NCBI GenBank assembly: GCA_002269645.1
Contig: NIVC01001399.1
Location: 62,001-126,000 of the forward strand
Direction: 5' to 3'
From: Macrostomum lignano
Taxonomy: Eukaryota
Length of the DNA stretch: 64,000 nt
Shown: piece by piece, positions 1-10,900 of the stretch
Layout: every line of letters begins with the position of its first letter
Numbering within the stretch: position 1 is the first letter of the stretch
Position numbers and translations under genes: made by a program
Notes under the pieces: model-generated
Told to the model about the DNA's origin: nothing
The model's input: the letters and a program-made list of their open reading frames with translations, nothing else
Databases searched by the model: none

Positions 1-1460
1 TTGTAACGCGGATCTAGGGCTGTTGCCAGGATGCAGTCCAATCTGATAGGGATGTCAGAAAATCGCGAATTGACACCACGTACCAGTGAATCAAACAGCG
101 ACCTCACACCCAAAATTGCATCCTTATCAAGTGCTGCTTTTTCGAGAAACTTTTGCAACAGTGCAACCATTGGAATCAAATATGAGATGCTGGTTGACTC
201 TTTGCTAACTTCCAGAGTTAGCTCTTCAAAAATTGAAAGCAGATTAACTACTTTTTCAATTATGGTAAATTCATTGCTCGAAATTTCTTCGAAATCCGAT
301 CGATCAGCAACGAAGGCAGAGATAGCACTTCACTATTCCAAAACTCTTTGCAGCATGTGTAATGTAGAGTTCCAACGAGTTGGAACATCACACTTGAGCT
401 TGTGCTGTGGCAGCTCCAATGCTTTCTGAAGCTTTTCAAATCGGCCTTGAGATGTTGTTGAATGGTGCATGGAGCTAACAAAGTGTCGGCATTTGCCTAT
501 AATTGCCTCAACACACGGTTGCTGCTTTAGTGCATCTTGCACAATCAGATTCAACTTGTGAGCTGTACAGCTCACACTTCCTCCGATATTCTCCGAGAAA
601 TTGGAGTCAGCAGTAGCACCATTGGCTGAAGAAGGTAGCATTGTGCGCACTGCCTTCAGCATGTTAGCAGCATTGTCAGTAACAATTGCTATTGTTTTAC
701 TTTCGATACGCCAGTCAGCGAAAATCTCAGTCAGCACATTTGCAATGTTAGAAGAAGTGTGAACTTCAATCAGATGTTGCATAGCCAGTGTTGTGCTAAA
801 TCTCTCTAGCTTGCAGACTTGAGCTTGGGTGTTGTCGTTGCAACAATCAGCCTCAGAGACGGAAAGCATTTCTTTGATTCCGTGGACTGTGAGTCCAAGG
901 AAGGACAGGCCTTTTTCAGACCAAATGTCACAGGTAACTGCCACTGAGGTCAAGTCGTCAAGCTGCTGCCTGATGTTCTTCTTGGCACAGTTGTACACAT
1001 CATTGAGCTTTTCGCGGTAAAATTTTTCAGACTTAATTGTATACTGTGGTGATGCAATCTTCATCAGGCCTTGAAATCCTGCTTCTTGAACCATGGTCCA
1101 TGGTTGACCATCCAACAATATCATACAAACAATTGCTAAGTCAAGTTCCTTTGACCTGGAATCCTCGATGTCCCATGGACGGCTTTTCTTAATTGATTGT
1201 TGCAATGTTGGCTGGAAAAGCCCTTCAGCTTTTGAGCTCTCCTTCAGTTTCTGGCTGTCTCTCTGCTGTTTAATTTGTTGGAGCTCTTCATATAAGTCCT
1301 TATGGCATGATTGTAAATGGCGAAGAGCCCCACTTGTAGATCCAGTGGAACACAGTAACATTTTTCCACAACCTGGGCTTAAGCATTTAGCAAAATCTTG
1401 TCCATTGTGCACTTCCTTTTTAAAAAAGCGCCAGACTGGACTTGAGTTTATACCAGACAT
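1..1460 (-). pseudogene. hAT-superfamily transposase with N-terminal BED zinc finger; interrupted by in-frame TAG-TGA at about 330-335 and running off the window edge
   Basis: BED finger (SPVWRFF...AKC...C...STGSTSGALRHL..CH), catalytic-region motifs VTCDIWS and TDNAANM, CxxH (CTAHKLNL) and RWNS. My translation past the stops stays open in the same frame (SAISAFVADRSDFEE...CILATALDPRY) and reaches the hAT LDPR motif at position 1. Confidence 0.93.
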
Positions 1461-3393
1461 TAGGTTGATAACTTGATGTTAATTTGACTTGTATATGGTG
1501 TAGCACTTGTGCTGAAAATGGAAAATGATGAAACATTAGTTATACATGTTTACAATCTACATTATAAGAAAATATATAAAAAATATAGGCACCTAATGGT
1601 TTTAGAATTATTTTTATAGTTTGTTATTGAAAGTACTAAACATAAACAGTTTAAATCAAATGGCAATAAACTAGGCCTATTTAGTGACTAGTAATGATAA
1701 TAAGATAATAATAGCAAGTTGATTGTTGAATAATAAAAAATTCACTGAATTATTTGAATAAAAACTATAGATTGAAAAATGAAATAGCATGCTAAGCTAG
1801 GATATTCAATGCCTATGCCCTTATTCACTTTTTTTTCAATAAGATTTTTAGAGACATTAAATACAGGACAAAGGCCTAGTATTATTCTAAGGAATAGGCT
1901 AGATTACATTAAAATCAATTGAAGAATTTAATTACAAAAATAATAATCAAACTGAACTCCTAACTCTATTCTATTAAATAATTCTTAATATTGACTTGAC
2001 AATAAGTCAGAAAATTTTGAAATTCAAACAAATAGTCACACAAAAAGACAAGTGATAAAATCAAAAAAAATTGCAAAAAGGTCTCTATTCTATATAACAT
2101 ATTGATAAAAAACATTTGCAAAATTAAAAGTATTAAATTTATTTAACAGATTAAATCCCATTCTTTAAAAATAAATCTTTTTGATAAAAAAAAATTTTTG
2201 TATTGACAAATAAGCTACAATTTATACTACAATTTATTCTGTTATTGATGAATAGAATACAATTGATTAAGTCAATTGTCATTGAACATAGTGATAATGA
2301 AGTAACCACTTTATCTAATCTGGCATATTTCTAGCTAGCTAACTTTAACTTTTTTTGCATTTTTTGTTAATAAATACTAAATAGTTTTCAATGGAATATA
2401 CACTATCACCATACTGCTATATAGTATATGCTATGAACGTTCAATAAATTATTTTGACTTCAAATTTGTGCTTAGCAAACAGTTCTAAGAATTCCCATAG
2501 TGAAACAAACACTAATAACTAATAATTTCAAAATTTGTAGCCAAAATAATTTGTTGATTTCAGGTATCAATTATAAACATAATTATATATGTACTAAATA
2601 TACAATCTACATTTGCTTGTTTGTAACGGTTGACAGACTTGAAATTCTTGACCATCATTATTACGAAATGCAAATAAATATAGAAATTTCCAATCCTATA
2701 TACTAAAAATGAGTTGCTTGTTTGTACGCACCACACAATCGATTAGAGAAAAAATGGCTGGATTTTCTCTTTTACTTTTACTTTTACTTCTACTTTTTTC
2801 AATTTTTTTTCAGTTGATATGATAAACTTGATAATTAACATAATATCGTGTCTATTATGTTAATTATTGAAAGAAAGTCCCAAGCAATCAGTTTCAGCAT
2901 CAGTTTCAATTTTTCTAGCTTTCTTTGCTAAAATATTTTAGGCCAAGGTTTATACATTCCATATACTACATTTTTTCTCTATTTATTTAATTTATAAAAT
3001 ATATTAATTTAAAAGTAAAAACATTAATTGTCTAATGTCTGTGTACTGTACACACATTACTATCTATATAATTATTTTTATATTATTTACTTAAGGAAAT
3101 TGATTAGGACTTTTTTATTATAAATTCAAAGGTTGCTATTTATATGCATTTAAATATATTAATAGTAATTATAAATAATAAAGCATAAACTTAAGAGCCT
3201 AGACAATTTTTTTGTTTATGTTATATTGTGTATCTTTTCTTTATAGCTGTATATGAATATACAAATATACAAACTACGGCTACGGTATATTTTAACTTTA
3301 AAGACCTGATCCCGAATCCCGATCCCGATCCCGATCCCGAGAAAAAAATTATTCCCGATCCCGCCCGAAGATTTCAATCCCGTCCGACCTCTA
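1..3393 (-). mobile_element. hAT DNA transposon, left arm and terminus; candidate 8-bp target site GTCTAGAC at 3394-3401
   Basis: The minus strand begins TAGAGGTCGGACGGGATTG at 3393 (YAG-type hAT terminus), followed by clustered CGGGAT subterminal repeats at 3310-3385, about 1.9 kb upstream of the transposase ATG. The other end lies outside the window. Confidence 0.75.
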
Positions 3394-3566
3394 GTCTAGA
3401 CTCTAGCCTATTGTATTGACTAGGCCCTAGCCAAGTTCTAAACTGCATGCCACTAGACATTTACATTCCCATTTCTCATGCAAACTGCGCCAATATGCCA
3501 AACTTTGCCTGGACTACCAAGGGCCAAATAGTGTGCCTGGACTACTATACAATCTATAGGCTCCTA

Positions 3567-4157
3567 CCCATAGTCCGGATCATGTCGTTTATGCCAGAGA
3601 TCTCCGGTGTAAATCTGGTTTGGGATCGGAGGCTGGTGTAAGTGCTTGGCATAAGTATAGGCCAAAATGTGCCTTGGCGTAAGTGCTTAGCATAAGTACA
3701 TGGCATAAATCAATTGGCATAAATGTTGGCACAAATGAGATCATTCACGATCAAATGTATCACTATAGAACATTACACATTTGCCTTAATTATGATGTTG
3801 AAGAGCAACATTAAAACAAAGTTCATTAAAATATTGCAGTTCGTATAAATGAGATAGCAGAATATCTATTGTAGGATAGCAAAAGTTTTTTTAGCTTCAA
3901 GATGCTTACTTTGATTCTTGATTCAGAATTTGCAACTTGTGAGATTTTTAAACAGTTGCAACTTCTGAATTTAATTAATCACTGATTAATTGTGAATCAT
4001 CTATTCTATTCTATTCTATTCACAAGAATTGTGAGGGACCTTTTTTTGGGTGGCATAAGTCAGAGGGACCTTTTTTGGTTGGTGTAAGTCTGGCGTAAGT
4101 GCCAAAAAAGGTTGGATTTTTCCTCCGGCATAAGTCCAGCATGATCCGGACTATGGG
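3567..4157. mobile_element. 591-bp non-autonomous TIR element (MITE) with 6-bp flanking direct repeat CTCCTA
   Basis: Perfect 18-bp TIR CCCATAGTCCGGATCATG (3567-3584 and 4140-4157) extending imperfectly to about 35 bp. CTCCTA occurs at 3561-3566 and 4158-4163. Internal GG(C/T)(A/G)TAAGT subterminal repeats; no coding capacity. Confidence 0.9.
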
Positions 4158-5019
4158 CTCCTACTAGACACTATTTGCAATAATGGCCATTGCCTACAAT
4201 AGGGCCCTAGTCCTTGGATTAAAAAGCTATATACAGCCTTTAGATACACTATACATATACAATAGCTATAGCTATGCTGTCAGTTGTATATCTGGTCCAA
4301 TTAAGGCAGGTATAATCAAGTGAGGGCCTAGATAATGAATAAAGCAAAATATAGGGGGGCCTAGCAATATAGAAAAATATATATATTAGCAATAGGGCCT
4401 AGCTTAGCTTAATTTGCAGGTAGCTGGCGCATGACCAAGATGATTTGTTACGTCTTTGCACAAATCACGTAGTCACTAAGTAAAGCAACTTAGAAGTTTA
4501 GTCAGCTCAAGGCTCTGGCTTTTACGCCGTGTGTATTTCTCGCACGTTAGCGTCTAACTTAGCGAACTGTCTCTCTTTTAATCCAGCTCAACTTCAGCTC
4601 GCAGGCTTGCCCATAGACATAGTTCGTACTAAAAGGCATACATATCATGATTACATACCAACATGGCCACAGCTCTGAATGGCTGCTTAGATAGGAATAG
4701 GTCTATATATTTCCTCATATCCTATTGGCTATGATTGGGGTGGAGTATGACCTAGCTTCAAATCTTAGAGAAGATAGATTTCATTAGTGAAATTAGATTA
4801 GTAAAACAAAAACACTTCCTTTTACAGTAGGTATTACTACCTACTAAAGCTAGTAGCACTACTAGCACAAGACATTTGATTTTTGTATCATGGATAATAG
4901 TTTCAAACCTATCTCAATATACTTAAACTGACGTGTTGTTTGTATATGTTAAAAGTTAAAGGTAGAAATTAAATTAAGGTATTAGTTATGATAGAAGTAA
5001 GCAAAAATTGGAGTGCCCT

Positions 5020-5245
5020 CTTGTCTCATCTTTTCTCTCATCTCTGCACTCTTGTCTTTTATCTTTTTTTCTCATCTCTGCCCTGCAGCCCTCTTGTCTC
5101 TAATCTTTTCTCTCTCTCATCTCTACCCTCTCCTCTCATCTTTTCTCACTCATCTCTGCCCTCTCCTCTCATCTGTTCTCACTCATCTCTGCCCTCTCCT
5201 CTCTCCTCTCCTTACCTCTCTCCTCTCTCCTCTCCTTACCTCTAT
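5020..5245. repeat. CT-rich low-complexity repeat
   Basis: Degenerate CTCTCCTCTCATCT units; accounts for ORFs 4988..5341 and 5013..5300. Confidence 0.85.
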
Positions 5246-5249
5246 CCTG

Positions 5250-5665
5250 GGCTGGGGAGGTGGGCTGCAAGGTGGTGCAAGCTCTGCTGGAGGAATTTGA
5301 ATGGATTCTTTCAAAGCTGGATCAGGGTCATTGAAATCTAGATAATGGTAAATAAAACTTTCCGCTTGTGCCAGAATCAGATGCACTGGTTCTGGATTTT
5401 CAGCAGGCAGAGGAACAGCCGCTGGTCCAGATTTCGGGGCTTGTACATGTACCACTGCAGCATCTGCAGCTTGAGACACTGCTAAGTTACCTGCAGGAGC
5501 CCGTCTATTGCATTGATTGCAAAGCCAGAAAAACTCACTGACATTTCTCAATGCAGAATACTGATCGATTGTGACGCGACTATCACATGCATGGTGCTGC
5601 CAATTCAGGCATTGAGAATACTCAATTGCTTCTTGTCCATCACAAACTGGCTGCAGATTTCATCT
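5250..5665 (-). pseudogene. Decayed PHD-finger coding relic followed by a Pro/Ala-rich linker, probably transposon-derived
   Basis: Extending ORF 5183..5551 upstream gives QPVCDGQEAIE(Y)SQCLNWQHHACDSRVTIDQYSALRNVSEFFWLCNQC. This matches PHD C4HC3 spacing with one Cys changed to Tyr and a frameshift or stop near 5660. Confidence 0.6.
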
Positions 5666-6350
5666 TTATTATAGCTTTATAGAATAATTAAGAATTTGAC
5701 CTAAGTTATAAAAACTTCTCATACAGAAACAAAAAATATTTATTTCATGCAAATGCATCTTGCAGCTCTGGAACAATCAAAAACTAGAAGTCATCATTCA
5801 TTTGCTAGGCGACCTTTTAGGTAAGTTGCCGTGCTGTGGCTTCTATATCAGTCACTCTGGTTAATGGTTTTTGCATTTATAATTAATCAATGCATCTTAT
5901 TGCTTTAATTATTGAAACTGAATTTATGATATAATCTGCTGTAGTTTAATGCTTCATGTTTAGAGAAATTTTGAGTTTAATGGCACTAGCAATAATTTAT
6001 TTTTTTCTCTTGTTTAGGACTTTCTAGCAGTCTTAAACTTTTCTGTAGTTTTTTAATATATTTCTAACTTGCACCTAATTCACAGCTTATAAAATGCCTA
6101 AAATAAAACGTATGTTGCAAAATTCCTTACCACCAGTCTTATATTTTCATTCCTTTTCAGGCAACAAGTCTGACCAGAAAATTCAAAATTAATGGTTTGA
6201 TTTCTTAATAGTTTTGCACTGAATTTTGTTGATCTACTCAAAATAAAAAAATAGTGCATAAATAGTTTTTGTATGCAAACTATATTACTTATTATTCCCA
6301 GTAGTAAAGTTGAAATTTGAGTAAGTAAGCTGTAAGCAATATTTGAAAAA

Positions 6351-7873
6351 ATGTCCAATAACGGTCGCTTTCACGTGTCGAAAGCGGCAGTGCTGAGTGC
6401 TGATGAGACTTCACAGTTTCTGCAACAACAGCAGCAGCAACAGAAGCAGCAACCAGCCTGGTCCCACGTAGAACGTGGCGACTCTTCTTCTTTTCCAACA
6501 TCGGCGATCGACTCATCTGCAGCTGCCAATGATGGGGCTGCTTTGACTGGCGATTTTACTCAACGTCAGGCTGAGCACCCCAGGAGTAACATGACTCTGC
6601 ATTGGAAGCCTGTCTTTCAGAGGTTTGAGGAAAATTGAGCAATATTTTGTTTTTTTTAGTTTGCATTCTATTTAAAATTACCATTATGGTCAGATTTTAT
6701 TTTTTGTGCACTCTTGTTTGTGTTTCCTGGAGATAATGGTGCCCTAAATTCTACCCCTTGCGCTAAATTATCCCCTGGCACAATTCTCTCTGGAGCTAAA
6801 ACCTCCAAAATTCTCTCTGGCGCTAAATTCTCCCCTGGTGCTAAAATCTCCTAAATTCTCCTTGGCGCTAAATTCTTTCCCTGGCGCTAAATTCTCCCCT
6901 CGCGCTAAAATCTACTAAATTCTCCCTGGCGCTAAATTCTCCCCTGGCGCTAAAATCTACTAAATTCTCCCTGGCGCTAAAATCTCCTAAATTCTCCTTG
7001 GCGCTTAAGTCTCCCCTGGCGCTAAAATCTACTAAATTTTCCCTGGCGCTAAATTCTCCCCTAGCGCTTAAATCTACTAAATTCCCCCCCTGGCGCTGAA
7101 TTCCCTACTGGCGCAAAAAATCCTTTCTAGCGCTAAATTCCCTTCTAGCGCTAAATTCCTATCTGGCGCTGACCTTTCCTCTGGCGCTAAATTCTCCCTT
7201 GGAATTAAAATCTCCCAAATTCCCCCTGGTGCTAAAAATCTACCCATTGGCGCTGAAACACTACTGTCAGTAGTGAGCCTCTGGGCCAACCACTAAAGCG
7301 CAGCGTGTACGGTGTGTCAATTTAACGAAAGTCAGGGCCGCTCTAAACCATGTGAAGGTTTCAGCCGGCCCTTAAACTGACTCATTTGCTCCCTAATTCC
7401 TCCCTAATTAGCTTCCATTATTGCATGAACTTATTTTTTATCAGAATGAATTGAAGAAACCGACAAGGTGTTTTTTACAGTGCATGACGCTCGGTTTCGT
7501 GTGTTGTGTTTTTTGTCACTGTTTATTCTGATTTCATTTTCAATGCAAAATAATGACGTACGCTTTTAATAATCCAAGTTTTTTTGTAATTATTAAACGG
7601 GGCAAATTTTGATTTTTTACATAAACTACCTGTGTTACTAACAGTAGCCTAGTTTGAGTACTATCTGTCTGATATATATATTTCTAATCAATTTCAGGGG
7701 TTTGAAAGACAGCAAATTCGACAATCACAGGCTGAAATGGGCTGAGAATTTGCCTCAACGAGTTTTGGTCGTTAGGAAACCGGATCCCACTATCCTGACG
7801 TCTTTTATTGAGCTGCTGCTGCACTTGGTCACCGTGAGTCTCTCGCTTTGATCAGGGCTTGTTCTGGGTGAAC

Positions 7874-7907
<34 letters not shown>

Positions 7908-10900
7908 GTCTGTCTCTCTGTCTGCCTGTCTGTCTGCCTGCCTGCCTGTCTGTCTGTCTGTCTGTCTTTCTGTCTGTCTGTCTGTCTGTCTGCCTGTCTG
8001 CTAGTCAAGTTCACCGTAGCCCAGTAGTCTGGCGCGGCCCTCTGATGTGCCAGCGGCCCAGGCTCGGTTCCAACTGCTGTCACATTAATTTGGGGCTGAA
8101 TTGGAATCTCGGCTTAGCTCTGCTCGTGCAGTTAACGCTATTTGAGGGCCCAAGGCGCAGTGAAGTGTACATGCCAAACGATAAATAAAGTTAGGGCCGC
8201 TGTACACTCCTGTGTGAGTGTGTGCCTGTGCGTATAACTGCGTACGTATCCGCGCGCTTGTGTGCCTGCTCAGGGGAGTCGGCGGAATGGGCAGCAATGC
8301 CTCTCCCCGGTTGTGTGACAATGTCGCTTAAAGTGCGCCAGGGTGCACACAACCCCTGCCTCTAATCTAACAAAAAGATCTGTGCCACTCAATTAAAATT
8401 ATAAATTAATCGGTTTGTACGTCCGCTAAAGGCGGTTGCAATCGAATGCTCAAGATTGATAAGAGAGATTATCTCTCCTAACAATAATGCCACTTGCAAC
8501 AGATGCGGCGTACTGACATTAAATTAAGTATTTTTTTAGAGACAAAGTAAAAATGAATAATAATCGTATTTTCTTTGTCTTTTCTTTTTGAGCGCCTTTC
8601 AAGCGAGCTAAAAAAGTTATAATTGAGACAAGACTTTTTAGCGAGCTTTTTTAATAATCTATTTTTGGAAGGCGCACATAACCGTAGTCTTCTACTGCTT
8701 CTAAAAGAGGCTCTAGAAATTGTTGTGACCTCATAATTTTTTACAGTAGTGTCTCAAAGCTTTCGTTTCGAGAGAGATTGTCAAAAATAGGCGCTCCCTT
8801 TGATATTTGAGGCTTCTAGTCTTGACTATCGGTTTCAATTTTCTTTTTTTGCGCCTTTAGGAATTTTAGTTTTTTATTACACGTAAACTGAGTTTTATTA
8901 GAAATCACTATAAAGACACTTGAATGTTATAAAAAGTTTTTACGGTTATTATTATTGCTAGGGCTTCAGCACTTTTGCCTTTGATCGGAGTTTCCGAGAC
9001 AGAAAGTGTGCATGTCTGAAGCCCTTGGATTAGGGAATTGGGATCTCTGGGATTTTGCGTTCATTTTCCCGGGATTTCTATATTGATACTCCTAGGATTT
9101 CAGGGCCGATATTCCTGGGATTTCGGGATCGATATTCCTGGGATTTGAAGATCGGTATTCCTGGGATTCTAGGATCGATATTCCTGGGATTCTAGAATCG
9201 ATATTCTTCGGATTTATTGATCGATATTTCTGGGATTCTAGGATCGATATTCCTGGGATTCTAGGATCGATATTCCTGAGATTCTAGGATCGATATTCCT
9301 GGGATTCTAGGATCGATATTCCTAGGATTCTAGGATCGATATTTCTGGGATTCTAGGATCGATATTCCTGGGATTCTAGGATCGATATTCCTGGGATTCT
9401 AGGGTCGATATTCTTCGGATTTATTGATCGATATTCCTGGGATTCTATTATCGATATTCCTGGGATTCTAGGGTCGATATTCTTCGGATTTATTGATTGA
9501 TATTCCTGGGATTCTAGTATGGATATTCCTGGGATTCTAGGATTGATATTCCTGGGATTCTAGGATCGATATTCCTAGGATTCTAGGATCGATATTCCTA
9601 GGATTCTAGGATCGATATTCCTAGGATTCTAGGATCGATATTCCTGGGATTCTAGGATCGATATTCCTGGGATTCTAGGATCGATATTCTTCAGATTTAT
9701 TGATCGATATTTCTGGGATTCTAGGATCGATATTCCTGGGATTCTAGGATCGATATTCCTGGGATTCTAGGGTCGATATTCTTCGGATTTATTGATTGAT
9801 ATTCCTGGGATTCTAGTATGGATATTCCTGGGATTCTAGGATTGATATTCCTGGGATTCTAGGATCGATATTCCTAGGATTCTAGGATCGATATTCCTGG
9901 GATTCTAGGATCGATATTCTTCAGATTTATTGATCGATATTTCTGGGATTCTAGGATCGATATTCCTAGGATTCTAGGATCGATATTCCTGGGATTCTAG
10001 GATCGATATTCTTCGGATTTATTGATTGATATTCCTGGGATTCTAGGATCGATATTCTTCGGATTTATTGATTGATATTCCTGGGATTCTAGGATCGATA
10101 TTCTTCGGATTTATTGATCGATATTCCAGAAATTCGTGAATCGATACTCATTAGATTTCGGGATCGATATTCCTGGGATTTCGGGATCCGATTTCTGGGA
10201 CTTAGTGATTGGGATTCTCTGGGATTTGATGATCTCGTCCTGGGTCTACCATCAACAACCAATGGCTCTATACACTATACTTTGTTCCCAGGACCTGCAA
10301 CTCGAGGTATTTGTCGAGTGCAGCTCTGTTTCGGAGTGCGAGCTCTGCAAAGAGGAGGCCTCGGCGCTATCTAAACAATTCGCCCTGATTGCGCCGAAAT
10401 TGAAAACTTTTGTATACGGCGAAGCCGCCTTTACAGACAAGATGATCGACCTCATTGTCTGCCTTGGAGGCGACGGTACCCTGCTATACGCCAGCTCATT
10501 GTTCAAGGCCGACGTGCCTCCAATACTAGCCTTCCATCTGGGCAGTTTGGGATTTTTGACTCCGCATCGGTTTGAAAATTACCGCCAAGATCTGCAGTCG
10601 GTGCTGAATAATCGAAGTTATTTTACTATGAGATCGAGGCTCGCTTGCACTCTGCAGAAGGCTGCGGCGGCAACTACGGAGAATAAACAGGTTAACCTTG
10701 TTTATTGGCTTGCTTTATTTGCTACGCAACATATCGGTACTGTGCTGCTGTCTATCTGCTGCTCTATTTCTTGTCTAACTGTCTCCCCCATCTGTCTCCC
10801 TCATTATCTCTGTTTCCCTCATCTGTCTCCCTCATTATCTCTGTCTCCCTCATCTGCCTCCCTCATCTCTGTCTCCCTCATCTCTGTCTCCCTTATCTCT

